Assembly (NCBI GenBank): GCA_039793985.1
Contig: JBAMMC010000033.1
Span: 7,186-71,185, forward strand
Length of the DNA: 64,000 nt
Origin: Fervidicoccaceae archaeon
Lineage (GTDB): Archaea; Thermoproteota; Thermoprotei_A; Sulfolobales; Fervidicoccaceae
Reading direction: 5' to 3'
Shown here piece by piece: positions 1-9,801 of this stretch (its first letter is position 1; each line of letters begins with the position of its first letter). The notes under the pieces are model-generated. The model worked only from the letters and a program-made list of their open reading frames with translations, was not told the DNA's origin and did not search any database. A program made the position numbers and the translations under genes.

Positions 1-1
1 G

Positions 2-223
2 ATAGGGCTCATAGACAATATGCTACCTGTCGGAATAAGGGAGTATAAAGTTTCAGGAATCACATTCCTAGGAACCAGATATTACGATCCAAACAGTGGG
101 GCAATTGTTACCGTTGATTCGAATACAGGCATCATATTGAGTATAGAATATACTGGACTAGGAAGCTACTATAATGCCTCATTAATAGAAATTGAGGGTG
201 GGACTTACTGCCATGCCTGGTAA
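2..223 (+). CDS. C-terminal end of a gene that starts upstream of the window; function unknown
   Basis: The frame is open from base 2 (IGLIDN precedes the listed 20..223 ORF). Its stop overlaps the next gene's start. No motif recognised. Confidence 0.3.
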   Translation: MGLIDNMLPVGIREYKVSGITFLGTRYYDPNSGAIVTVDSNTGIILSIEYTGLGSYYNASLIEIEGGTYCHAW

Positions 224-506
224 ATCGAGAGTGCATGTTAGAGTTTACGGAAGAGTACAGGGGGTATTCTTTAGGGCTTTTATAAAATCTGTGGCAGAGG
301 AACTGGGGATAACTGGATGGGTTAGGAACGTAGAGGATGGAAGCGTGGAAATAGTAGCAGAGGGAGAGGAAGAAAGTCTTCAGAAACTGATTGCTGAAGC
401 GAGAAGAGGTCCTCCACTTGCGTTTGTTGAGAGAATTGAAGTGGAATGGGATGAATACAGAGGAGAATTCACAAACTTTCAAATAAAGAAGAGATCTTTT
501 TCTTAA
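213..506 (+). CDS. acyP: Acylphosphatase
   Basis: VHVRVYGRVQGVFFR and GWVRNVEDGSVE match the two acylphosphatase signatures. Size is about 97 aa from the ATG at 213 (listed ORF starts at 192). Confidence 0.85.
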   Translation: MPGKSRVHVRVYGRVQGVFFRAFIKSVAEELGITGWVRNVEDGSVEIVAEGEEESLQKLIAEARRGPPLAFVERIEVEWDEYRGEFTNFQIKKRSFS

Positions 507-565
507 GAACCATGAGATCTGCTTTAAATACTACTTCGAAGAAGAAGAAAAGGAGGTACTAAGCA

Positions 566-1207
566 TTGGCACTACCAAGTTCCCTCTATGATTCCTTAAT
601 AGTCATAGCTATATCAATAGTTATATTTGTTGTTGGTATACTAATAGGAAAAGCACTTGGTTGGGCCATCAGAAACCTGTTGGAAAAGGTCGGAATAAAC
701 GATTGGATAGAAAGGTTTGCGATAGGTAGAGCTATAGCCAAGTCTGGCTTTAAGCCGAGCGATTTCTTCGGGAGAGTCACATCTTGGATAGTCTATGCTT
801 CTACGGTTGTTCTAGCTCTTTATTCTACGACTTCCTTCCTCAACTTAGTGGAAGCTAGCTTCATCCTAAAAGAGATATTAGTAGTCTATATAGGCGGATT
901 TGTGAAGGCTTTCGTCGTTATAATAATTGGCTTTCTACTAGTGGATTCCTTCGTAGGTTATCTTTATAAGGCGCCTGAGATAGAGTCAGAATTAGAATTT
1001 ATTGGTCCTGTTGCCGAGTACTTGAGGATCCTTTTGTACATTGTGACAGTTGTTTTCGCTCTTGAGCAGGGAGGGATCGAAGTCGCTTTCCTATCATCTA
1101 TGCTTATTCCAATAATGTGGGGAATTACAATCATGATGGTCATAATCATCCTCTCGAGATCAATTTCTAAGCACTTTAGAAAGGAGGGGAACGGAGAAAA
1201 ATCTTGA
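566..1207 (+). CDS. Integral membrane protein, MscS-associated 'TM helix' repeat-like
   Basis: Several TM segments. GKALGWAIRNLLEKVGINDWIERFAIGRAIAKSG resembles the conserved TM-helix repeat (from memory). GGAGG lies upstream of the TTG start. Confidence 0.45.
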   Translation: MALPSSLYDSLIVIAISIVIFVVGILIGKALGWAIRNLLEKVGINDWIERFAIGRAIAKSGFKPSDFFGRVTSWIVYASTVVLALYSTTSFLNLVEASFILKEILVVYIGGFVKAFVVIIIGFLLVDSFVGYLYKAPEIESELEFIGPVAEYLRILLYIVTVVFALEQGGIEVAFLSSMLIPIMWGITIMMVIIILSRSISKHFRKEGNGEKS

Positions 1208-1219
1208 AAACCTTTTTCT

Positions 1220-2206
1220 TTAAATGAAGGGGATCTCCCCTTTCTTAATATAACTGTCTAGAAATGAAGGTAATAGCCTCAACGCGAACTTTCTCATAAA
1301 ATTTGGGGCTTTAGAAAGGAGGCTAAGGATTCTCGATTGGGATCTCATCTGCCTCTCTATTTCACCCATCCTTCCCATACGAAAGCTCCGCAAATATGCC
1401 TCTTCAATGGAGAGACCTTCCGAAAGTTTCTTCGCAAATTCTTTAGAGTGATACACAGAGGGTCTGATCCCTTCTCCGGTGAGGGGAAAAACTGTACCCG
1501 CCGCCTCTCCAATCTTGAAAATCCCTCCTCTATTGTCCGGCGATGGGTACTCCAACGTAATTATGGAGGTAGATATTTCCTCGACGCTGGGCTTATTGAC
1601 AATTTTTTGAAGATATTCGAGAAGGCTATCCCTGGGCTTTCTAGAAAGTAAGGAACCATAGCCAGCATTAAACTTCTTCCCTTTTGATGGAAATATCCAG
1701 TAAAAACCAACATTTTTTGGATCGAAGTCCAACAAGACTCCTTCGTAAGGTATTTCTCCTTCAAGTATAGCTCTCGCTATAGGAATTCTCCTCTTCTTCT
1801 CTTCCGTAAAAGGACCTCTTGCATCAATTGTGAGGAATCCATTTTCAGTAAATGGTCTCAATCTAGCACACTTCATTTTTCCTCCTAATCTTATGACTTC
1901 TCTTCGCATAAGGGAAATCCATTCCTCCTTATCTATTATGAACCATATGGGAGTTGAATAGTGCCTTTCTGCGATTACATTTCCTTCGATGCTTATGTAG
2001 AAATCCTTCACTTCTTTTATAATTGGTGGATCTATATCATAAATTTTCATATCTTGATTGAGTAAAGCTTCACCGCATGGTTTTTTATATGGACACTCCC
2101 CATCGTAGAGTTCAAGGCTATCTATATTGAGGAGAGAGAGAGCTTCTATAGCGAAAGAACTGCCAGCAGGTCCAGCACCAAATATTCTTACTTTCTTTAT
2201 GCTCAT
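1220..2206 (-). CDS. FAD-dependent oxidoreductase, short geranylgeranyl-reductase family member
   Basis: N-terminal Rossmann motif VRIFGAGPAGSSFA, and later GEAAG typical of GGR-like flavoproteins. Confidence 0.65.
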   Translation of the reverse strand: MSIKKVRIFGAGPAGSSFAIEALSLLNIDSLELYDGECPYKKPCGEALLNQDMKIYDIDPPIIKEVKDFYISIEGNVIAERHYSTPIWFIIDKEEWISLMRREVIRLGGKMKCARLRPFTENGFLTIDARGPFTEEKKRRIPIARAILEGEIPYEGVLLDFDPKNVGFYWIFPSKGKKFNAGYGSLLSRKPRDSLLEYLQKIVNKPSVEEISTSIITLEYPSPDNRGGIFKIGEAAGTVFPLTGEGIRPSVYHSKEFAKKLSEGLSIEEAYLRSFRMGRMGEIERQMRSQSRILSLLSKAPNFMRKFALRLLPSFLDSYIKKGEIPFI

Positions 2207-2439
2207 CCTCTTTCCTCTCCTAAAGGTTTGAATTTTTGCATATTGTTTTTTGTGTGCAATTAGATTTTACCTTGTATCATAAACTGAAAAGCACCATTCT
2301 ATGTTTTTGTATTAATCATAAATGGAAGATTGCTTGCTCAGAATAAATTTATTAAGTTTTATTCAGAAGCAAATGCATACGTTTACCGAAAAGAGCCTCG
2401 CTCTAAAAATCGGGAGAATCGGTATAGAGGTGCTAATCT

Positions 2440-2673
2440 ATGTCAGTTGGTAAAGCAAAGGGCATTAATACTCATGGACATTTAGGCTGGGTTACAAAGA
2501 GATGCAGGATATGTGGAAAGCTTATGGACGTGACAAGGCAGATAGTCTATAAGTGCCCCAATTGTGAGAAGAAGTACGGAGCATATTTCTGCGAAGCTGA
2601 TGCGAAAATCCTTCACTATAAATGTCCCTATTGTAAAGGGCAACTCGTCCTTTTCACGGAGAAAGGGAAGTAA
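2440..2673 (+). CDS. Small zinc-ribbon protein
   Basis: Three CxxC pairs in 77 aa (CRIC, CPNC, CPYC) plus one extra Cys. Confidence 0.5.
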   Translation: MSVGKAKGINTHGHLGWVTKRCRICGKLMDVTRQIVYKCPNCEKKYGAYFCEADAKILHYKCPYCKGQLVLFTEKGK

Positions 2674-2685
2674 AAGGAGTGCTCA

Positions 2686-3039
2686 ATGAGTATAAACTAT
2701 TTGTGGCTCGACCCCCACAGAAGGGTCTTAGAAATAGGACCTCAGGAAGACGGCTCCTATATCTACTTCATTGATACCTTCGTAAGATGCAAGGAGTTGC
2801 TCTCTCCTCAAAAAGAAATAGAACTCAAGGTACAGGGAGGTATATCTTTAGCAGAAATTCCTTTGCTGTATGAGGAGACAATGAGCCTGAAGGCTGAAGT
2901 TCTGATTGACGAAGAATATGGAATTGCTCAGGTAATAAGTATAGAATTAAGATCCAAAGAGAAAATGAACGAAGGAAAGTTGATTGAGGAATTGAAAAGA
3001 GCAGAATCCTCGATACGCAATTTTTGCTTCATAGCATGA
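2686..3039 (+). CDS. Hypothetical protein
   Basis: ORF lies 12 nt after the zinc-ribbon gene with an AGGAG upstream. No motif recognised. Confidence 0.4.
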   Translation: MSINYLWLDPHRRVLEIGPQEDGSYIYFIDTFVRCKELLSPQKEIELKVQGGISLAEIPLLYEETMSLKAEVLIDEEYGIAQVISIELRSKEKMNEGKLIEELKRAESSIRNFCFIA

Positions 3040-3279
3040 AAATTCTGCTTACTTCAAAACCAATTTTGTGAACATTTAAAAAAGCAATGAAAGTAGAATT
3101 GATTTTTATGAATATCTTTTATTAATCATCTTTCCTAGGTGGATTCATTGTTTTTGAGAGTGATAATTGAGATCCCTTTTAATATTGCTTGCTTCAACAA
3201 ATAATACAGTGCCAAAATATATTAGACCAGAGTGATAGCTTAAGTTTTAACAGTTCAATATTCAGGTGGTGTAGCATCT

Positions 3280-4662
3280 ATGTCCGAGAAATATGATGTA
3301 TTGATTGTAGGGGCTGGACCGGCCGGTTCAACTCTTGCTTATCTTCTTTCGGTAAAGAATTCGTACAAAGTTGCCGTATTCGATACACGCTCTTGGGAAG
3401 ATCTTTGGGGTAAGCCCTGCGGAAATGCCATAGGTTCGCATCACTTTAAAGAGCTGGGGATCCCTTCCCCCACAGGAGATGAGATAAAGCAGGTGGTGAA
3501 GGGCATAAGTATCTACAGCCCCAGTGAGAGAGTAGTATTTACTGTTTACGGTGAAGGATACATTATAGATAGAAACAAATTGGGCAATAGGCTAATGAGA
3601 GATGCTGTAAATAGGGGAGTAGAATTTTATCCAAGAACACATGTGCTTAGACCTTTATTGGAAAATGGAAAAGTTGTAGGAATTGAAGTAGAAAATGTGG
3701 AGGGGAAAAAGGAGTATAGAGCGAATGTAGTGGTGGATGCTACCGGTACGGCAGGAGTGTTGAAAAGAGGTCTTCCCAAGGATTGGCCGGTCTCAGAGCC
3801 TCTCGATCCGAGAGATAGCGATGTCGCATTCAGAGAGATAGTTGAGCTCGACTATGAAGTCCCCAATAAGGATATCATTAGGATATACCTGAATCAGCAA
3901 GTGGCTCCAGGAGGATATTGGTGGTTCTTTCCGGAAGGAACTAACAAGGCAAATATAGGTCTAGGAGTTCAAGGCGGAATGGGATATCCAAGTCCTATGA
4001 GCATTTATATGAGCAAACTTATGAACAGACCAGAAATTTCTAGACGAAAGAGGGTCTTATCCAGTGCTGGTGCGAGTGTTCCAACAAGGAGACCCATAGA
4101 TAGTCTAGTTTGGAATGGATTTATAGTCATAGGTGATGCTGCCTTCACAGTTAACCCGGTGCATGGAGGGGGGATGGGGTATGCTATGATTGCTGCTTAT
4201 TGGGCATCCAAAGGTATAGAAAGAGCCCATGAAATTGGAAACTTTAGTGCTTCAGAACTATGGGAGGTAAATACAGGCTACATGAGGATGATAGGAGCTA
4301 AGCAGGCATCTCTTGAGCTCACTAGAATATTCCTCCAGAACCTCAGCGACAGAGATTTGGAGTTCATCATGGAAAAGAGGGTTGTAAGTGAAGAGGATGT
4401 GGATATACTAGGTAGGAAGGGAGAGTTGAGAGAAGGCAGCATTGAGAGAGCAACGAGGATAGTCGATGATTTCTTCAAGGTTCTCAAAATGTCGTCGAGA
4501 CCATCCCTATTACTCAAACTCAGGGCGCTGCAGAGCTTCATGAACAGAATGAAATCTCTATATTTAAATTATCCAACCTCTCCCGCAGGATTGAGAGCTT
4601 GGCAGGAATCTCTAAAAGAGTTGAGAAAAGAGTTCTCTGAAGAGCTCAGTTTAGGGAGATGA
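3280..4662 (+). CDS. Geranylgeranyl reductase (digeranylgeranylglycerophospholipid reductase-like)
   Basis: YDVLIVGAGPAGSTLA FAD motif, PCG motif (WGKPCGNAIG), GYWWFFP and GDAA motifs typical of archaeal GGR; 460 aa. Confidence 0.85.
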   Translation: MSEKYDVLIVGAGPAGSTLAYLLSVKNSYKVAVFDTRSWEDLWGKPCGNAIGSHHFKELGIPSPTGDEIKQVVKGISIYSPSERVVFTVYGEGYIIDRNKLGNRLMRDAVNRGVEFYPRTHVLRPLLENGKVVGIEVENVEGKKEYRANVVVDATGTAGVLKRGLPKDWPVSEPLDPRDSDVAFREIVELDYEVPNKDIIRIYLNQQVAPGGYWWFFPEGTNKANIGLGVQGGMGYPSPMSIYMSKLMNRPEISRRKRVLSSAGASVPTRRPIDSLVWNGFIVIGDAAFTVNPVHGGGMGYAMIAAYWASKGIERAHEIGNFSASELWEVNTGYMRMIGAKQASLELTRIFLQNLSDRDLEFIMEKRVVSEEDVDILGRKGELREGSIERATRIVDDFFKVLKMSSRPSLLLKLRALQSFMNRMKSLYLNYPTSPAGLRAWQESLKELRKEFSEELSLGR

Positions 4663-5649
4663 AGGAGTTTTTTTGTCTTTTAGTTTGAGTTCCTCTACAT
4701 ACCTATATGCTCCATGTGCAGCAACTGACCCCTGGGCAGCTGCTGTTATTATCTGTCTGAACGCCTTCCATAGGTCTGTGCAGTCTCCAGCCGCAAATAT
4801 TCCTTTTACGTTCGTTTCCATATACCCATGTACTTTTATGAATCCGTAGTCATCGGTCTCAAGTCCCAAGTTTTGAATGAAGGGGAGGTCAGGCTCGAAC
4901 CCTATCTCCAGAAACACACCTTTTACAGGGATCACTCTTTCCTCTCCTGTCTTCAGATTCTTAACTCTTATACCTGTGACACTCTTATCTCCAAGTATTT
5001 CTGTTACTACAGTGTCCAGCACGAGTTCTATATTAGGTTTGGATTTAACCTCCTCTACTAGTATGGGCTGGGCTCTGAATTCGCTCCTCCTGTGGATCAG
5101 AAAGACTTTTTTTGCGTAACTACTCAGCAATGTTGCTCCTTCCATAGCAGAATCCCCTCCACCGACAACTGCTACTGCATCAGCATCTTTGAACAGAGCG
5201 GCGTCACATATACTACAATAGCTGACTCCTCTACCAACGAATTCTTTCTCCCCAGGAACGCCAAGAGTTCTTCTCTTCAATCCTATAGCTATTATTACTG
5301 CTTTCGAGCGTATCTTCATTCCACGCTTAGTCGTTGCAAGGAATCCTTCTCCGTCCCTCTTGACCTCAGAAATCCTGTCTTGAATTATCTTTACTCCATA
5401 AGACTCGACATGTTTCCTGAATCTTCCAATAAGCTCACTTGCAGATATCCTCTCGAAGCCAAGATAGTTCTCTATCTCTGAGGTATTGTTAAGCTGCCCT
5501 CCCAAAAATTCTCCCACAACTAAAACGCTCATTTTATATCGGGCAGAGTACAGTGCTGCTCCAAATGCGGCAGGTCCTGCTCCTATTATTAATACATCTA
5601 CTTCAGCTTTCTCTTCCTTCTGTCTTGGAGTTCCTAGCCTAAGAGACAA
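4651..5649 (-). CDS. trxB: Thioredoxin reductase
   Basis: GAGPAAFGAALY FAD motif, redox CSIC (CxxC) motif, GGGDSAMEGA NADPH motif, GDC near the C-terminus. Confidence 0.9.
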   Translation of the reverse strand: MSLRLGTPRQKEEKAEVDVLIIGAGPAAFGAALYSARYKMSVLVVGEFLGGQLNNTSEIENYLGFERISASELIGRFRKHVESYGVKIIQDRISEVKRDGEGFLATTKRGMKIRSKAVIIAIGLKRRTLGVPGEKEFVGRGVSYCSICDAALFKDADAVAVVGGGDSAMEGATLLSSYAKKVFLIHRRSEFRAQPILVEEVKSKPNIELVLDTVVTEILGDKSVTGIRVKNLKTGEERVIPVKGVFLEIGFEPDLPFIQNLGLETDDYGFIKVHGYMETNVKGIFAAGDCTDLWKAFRQIITAAAQGSVAAHGAYRYVEELKLKDKKTPSSP

Positions 5650-5865
5650 AAAGAGATCACCTCCATTGAAATATGATAATGATTGTTTAAAGATTATGTT
5701 ATTATTTTTGTTATGATAGGTCCCAGAAGGAGATTAGATCCTCAAAAATTTTCTGATTTTTGGAAAAAAGAAATACCAAAAAAGAAAGAACATCCAAAAT
5801 AAAAAACGTATTTTAAATTTTATGAAATAGATAAAAGTTTGAACCAAAAAATGATTTAGCATTAA

Positions 5866-6411
5866 TTACTTTTGTCCGTTTCCGCTTCTAGTAGAGAGAA
5901 TAAGTTCTAGATAGGTTCTTTTCTCAACTTCTCCTTGAATATTCAATTTTTTAAGAACAGCTAAAATACAATCGGCATTGCAATCATTCTTTCCCTCAAT
6001 TTCCACATATGTGCCCAGATCATCAACCCTGTCAAGTGATATTTTATAGGAGTAACAATCGAAATCTATCCTAACTTTCCTCACTTTCGCGAAATCAATG
6101 AAACCGACAGCTTTCAGAATATTGAGAAGATTAGCCCAATCCGATACTGAAACGCTTATCTCTTCTCTAGACTTTACTCCTTTCTCCTCAATTCTTTTTC
6201 CTTTGTAAGTGAGTTCCGCTTCTTCTTTTGTGTTCGCTCGCTTCACTCTGAGTCTGAGGGCTTCATCTCTCTCTGCCATATCATAACATGGATGTGATAA
6301 ATAGTAGTCAACTAATTCAGCCTCTTCGAGTTGAACGCATTGTTTAGAGAGAGACTCCTTCAACCTCTTTAATTCGCTTTCATATACTTTGAGTTTGATC
6401 TCGACTTCCAA
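5866..6411 (-). CDS. CYTH-domain triphosphate tunnel metalloenzyme (CyaB/ThTPase-like)
   Basis: N-terminal EVEIKLKV (ExExK signature). Size of 181 aa is typical of class IV cyclase/CYTH proteins. Confidence 0.8.
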   Translation of the reverse strand: MEVEIKLKVYESELKRLKESLSKQCVQLEEAELVDYYLSHPCYDMAERDEALRLRVKRANTKEEAELTYKGKRIEEKGVKSREEISVSVSDWANLLNILKAVGFIDFAKVRKVRIDFDCYSYKISLDRVDDLGTYVEIEGKNDCNADCILAVLKKLNIQGEVEKRTYLELILSTRSGNGQK

Positions 6412-6417
6412 TAGAGT

Positions 6418-7233
6418 TCACCTAGAAAAATCCAGGGGTAGCTCGCTACCTTCCCAGACAGCCTTCACCTTTACCCATTTCGATATTCCACTTCCTTTTA
6501 TCTTAGGGGCTAAAACCTGTTCTATTTGAAAGACACCAGCTCTTTCCTTCATATAAACAGTTATTACTACGGGAGTCTCCTCAGTGCTACCAATAGTAAC
6601 CTTTTCTATGCTTAAGGCAGATATAGCATGTATGTCATTTTTTCCCATTCTATATGGGATTCTGGCCCTTCCTTCAGACATGTCAGTACCGTCGGCAACC
6701 TTGACACATCCCGCTTCTATTGTCAAAGAGGAGACATCGAAACTTGTAGCGTAGATACCATGCATGACTTCTTGGCGAAGCTTAACCCTCTTTTTTTGGT
6801 CATCTGGGAAAAGTGATAATAAAACTCTATCGAGCAGATCCTTTGAGAGAAGGGCACCAATGAGTTCGTGATTCATCCTGTGAACGCTATTTCCGATGTC
6901 ATGGAGAAGAGCAGCAAGCATGACAATCAATTCGGCCTCTTCTATGCTAGATGATGTTCCATCAGAAATTGTCGTTGGAGTGATACTGTGAGCAACTATT
7001 CTTCTGAATATTTCCAAGCTGGAGCCGGAAACTATCTTCGCATGAACGGGACCGTGGTCATTATACTTGAGCCTCTTTACTGCCATTACATTACTCATCT
7101 CAAGCATAGCTATGTACTCAGAGTCTGACCAGATAATGTCCATTGCTTTTCTGAGCATCGGGTTTCTCTGGAGGTGCTCTGAGATTAGGGCAGGAGATAC
7201 GACAACCTCATCAGATAAAGTTTCGCTACCCAT
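6418..7233 (-). CDS. HD-domain metal-dependent phosphohydrolase
   Basis: H...HD signature: GPVHAKIV ... AALLHDIGN. Lies 6 nt upstream of the CYTH gene on the same strand. Confidence 0.75.
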   Translation of the reverse strand: MGSETLSDEVVVSPALISEHLQRNPMLRKAMDIIWSDSEYIAMLEMSNVMAVKRLKYNDHGPVHAKIVSGSSLEIFRRIVAHSITPTTISDGTSSSIEEAELIVMLAALLHDIGNSVHRMNHELIGALLSKDLLDRVLLSLFPDDQKKRVKLRQEVMHGIYATSFDVSSLTIEAGCVKVADGTDMSEGRARIPYRMGKNDIHAISALSIEKVTIGSTEETPVVITVYMKERAGVFQIEQVLAPKIKGSGISKWVKVKAVWEGSELPLDFSR

Positions 7234-7339
7234 CTGAATTCAGCTCCTCTTTCAGTGTATTGAGCAATATTTATAGGTTATCTAAATTTTAATCTAATTG
7301 TCTTAGTATTCGAGATAGACTGCTGCAAGGGGGCTCAAA

Positions 7340-9790
7340 TTGGAAAAGAACACAAAATTCGAAGCAAAAATAAAAGAGAAAAGATGGGACAAATCCAAAG
7401 AGTTCGTGGTTCTGGAAAGATGGAAAAAAGAAGGGACACCAAGATTTAAAAGAGATGAGCTCAGTAGATCTCCTGTCTTAATAATTGATACTCCCCCTCC
7501 CTACCCAAGCGGAAAATGGCACGTTGCTGGAGCAGCCCATTACGTCCAACATGACATAATCGCTAGGTTCTTCAGGATGAGAGGTTACAATGTTCTCTTA
7601 CCGTTTTACGCCGATCGAAACGGCCTTCCTGTAGAGGTGAGTGTTGAAAAGAAGACTGGATTGAATCCTCATGAGCTTTCTTCGACCCCGGAAGGGAGGG
7701 AGAAGTTTCTCCAGCTCTGCAAAAAAGAGCTCGATGAGGTGGAAAGGGAACTAGTAGAGATTCTAAGTAGACTTGGATGTAGTTACGAATATTGGAAAAA
7801 TGGAACAGATAGCGAAGAATATAGGAAAATAACTCAGTCTACGTTCATAGATCTGTGGAACAGGGGACTGATATATTTCGCTGAACGACCCGTCAACTGG
7901 TGCCCTAGATGCAGAACAACACTCAGCGACGCTGAGCTGGAATACGTATCGAAGGAGACTTTTCTCTATTATATAAAGTTCACCTTGAATGATGGGAACT
8001 CAATAACAGTTGCAACAACTAGACCAGAGCTTCTCGGCGCTTGTAAGGCTATTATTTACAATCCAAAAGATGAGAGATATAAAGAATTAAAGGGAAAAAA
8101 GGCCATTTCCCCTATTTATGGTAAGGAGATACCTATAATTGAGAGTGAGGCTGCTGATCCTACATTCGGAACTGGATTGGTCATGGTTTGTAGCTATGGC
8201 GATAGTACTGATATGAGGCTTTTCAGAGAGCTCGGTCTCGAACCAATTGTCCTTATTGACAAAAATGGTAGAATGAATGAAGCTTCAGGATTCTTAAAAG
8301 GAATGAGCGTATCTGAAGCGAGAGAAAGGATCGCTCAAGAACTGGAAAAGGCTGGCGTGTTAGTGAAGAAAGAAAGGATTTCTCATACGATACCAGTCTG
8401 TTGGAGATGTGGGACACCGATAGAATTCATACATGTGAATGAGTACTTCCTCAAGCAGGTTGAATTTAAGGAAAAGCTGCTATCTGAGCTCGACACCATG
8501 AAATTTTACCCAGATATGCATAAGCAAAAACTTGTTGATTGGATAAAATCTGTCGCTACAGACTGGCCGATTTCCAGAGACAGGTATTACGCAACTGAAA
8601 TACCGGTCTGGAAATGCAAGAAATGCGGGAACATACTCCTTCCAAAAGAATTCAAGTACTATAGACCTTGGAAAGATGAACCTCCATTCGAGAAATGCCC
8701 TCATTGTGGAGCAGGAAAAGAGTTTCTAGAGGGTGAAAAGAAGGTCTTCGATACGTGGTTTGATTCGAGCATCTCTATGTTATATGTTACGGGTTACAAA
8801 AGAGATCAAGAGCTTTTCGAGAAAGTCCGAGATTCGGTATTGAGACCTCAGGGTTACGAGATAATAAGGACTTGGCTATATTATAGTGTCCTCAGAGTTT
8901 ATCAGCTCACTGGGAAGATGCCCTTCAAATGGGTCAGGATAACTGGTATGGGGCTCGATGAAAGAGGAGAGGCGATGCATAAATCGAAGGGAAACGTTAT
9001 TGATCCGTTTCCAGTAATAGATGAATATGGGGCCGATGCTTTCAGGTTCTGGTCAGCAGCATCAGCTAAAGTTGGCTACGACTATCGCTTCAGCCATCAA
9101 TTGCTGAGAACAGGTCAGCTATTCGCTACCAAAATTTGGAATATTGCAAGGTTTATTTCCCAGTTCCCAGACCCAGGAGAAAATTTTGCCGGAATGACAG
9201 AACTGGATGCATCAGCAATAGCTCTCATGAGAAAGTACTTCAGGAAATATTTGAAAGGATTCGATGAAATGGATACTTTCGAACCGACGATGACAGCATA
9301 TGAGTTCATTTGGAATATCTTTGCGAGCCATTATGTTGAAGTCGTAAAGAGGAGAGCATACAACGATTCTGGAATTTTCAGTGAGGTGGAGCAAAGATCA
9401 GCTTGGGCAACGCTTCATCTACTGCTTAGGGCTTCCCTAAAAATGATTGCTCCCGTAATGCCTTTTGTGACCGATGAAATATGGAGAAATATAGGATATG
9501 GAGATACGATCCATAAAGAAAAATTCGATGGTATTGATTTGGAAAGTAAGGGGGAGGAACAAGCTATACTCATGGAAATGGTCGTGAAGATAAACAATGA
9601 CATTTGGAAGTTCAAGATGGAAAGAGGGATGAAACTCAATGATCCCATAAACAAGGAAGTTTTCCTTCCACCTGTGCTAAAGGTCGCCTCAAAGGATATA
9701 GAGAGCTTCCATAAGCTTGAAAAAGTTTCATATGTTGAGCCCCCATCGGATGCCAAACAAGTTGGAGAAATAGTTTGGATAAGGGAGTGA
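7340..9790 (+). CDS. valS: Valyl-tRNA synthetase (class Ia)
   Basis: PPPYPSGKWHVAG (HIGH region), WCPRCRTTLSDAELEY, ISRDRYYATEIPVW, DTWFDSS, MHKSKGN (KMSKS). The 816-aa size fits ValRS rather than LeuRS or IleRS. Confidence 0.8.
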   Translation: MEKNTKFEAKIKEKRWDKSKEFVVLERWKKEGTPRFKRDELSRSPVLIIDTPPPYPSGKWHVAGAAHYVQHDIIARFFRMRGYNVLLPFYADRNGLPVEVSVEKKTGLNPHELSSTPEGREKFLQLCKKELDEVERELVEILSRLGCSYEYWKNGTDSEEYRKITQSTFIDLWNRGLIYFAERPVNWCPRCRTTLSDAELEYVSKETFLYYIKFTLNDGNSITVATTRPELLGACKAIIYNPKDERYKELKGKKAISPIYGKEIPIIESEAADPTFGTGLVMVCSYGDSTDMRLFRELGLEPIVLIDKNGRMNEASGFLKGMSVSEARERIAQELEKAGVLVKKERISHTIPVCWRCGTPIEFIHVNEYFLKQVEFKEKLLSELDTMKFYPDMHKQKLVDWIKSVATDWPISRDRYYATEIPVWKCKKCGNILLPKEFKYYRPWKDEPPFEKCPHCGAGKEFLEGEKKVFDTWFDSSISMLYVTGYKRDQELFEKVRDSVLRPQGYEIIRTWLYYSVLRVYQLTGKMPFKWVRITGMGLDERGEAMHKSKGNVIDPFPVIDEYGADAFRFWSAASAKVGYDYRFSHQLLRTGQLFATKIWNIARFISQFPDPGENFAGMTELDASAIALMRKYFRKYLKGFDEMDTFEPTMTAYEFIWNIFASHYVEVVKRRAYNDSGIFSEVEQRSAWATLHLLLRASLKMIAPVMPFVTDEIWRNIGYGDTIHKEKFDGIDLESKGEEQAILMEMVVKINNDIWKFKMERGMKLNDPINKEVFLPPVLKVASKDIESFHKLEKVSYVEPPSDAKQVGEIVWIRE

Positions 9791-9801
9791 GGAAATCGCC
9801 T

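Noticed and set aside
4651-4662. 12-nt overlap of the convergent 3' ends of the GGR and trxB genes (and a 27-nt convergent overlap at 53230..53256)
   Set aside because: Short convergent overlaps are common in compact archaeal genomes, and both reading frames are well supported to their stops. They are not considered functionally notable.
7487-7560. The ValRS HIGH region reads WHVAGAAHY instead of a canonical H-I/L-G-H
   Set aside because: From memory, archaeal ValRS enzymes commonly carry a PPPYPSG..WH.G.AAHY form of this motif. The rest of the enzyme (KMSKS-like MHKSKGN, editing domain motifs) is intact, so it is probably lineage-typical rather than degenerate. I cannot verify this without an alignment.
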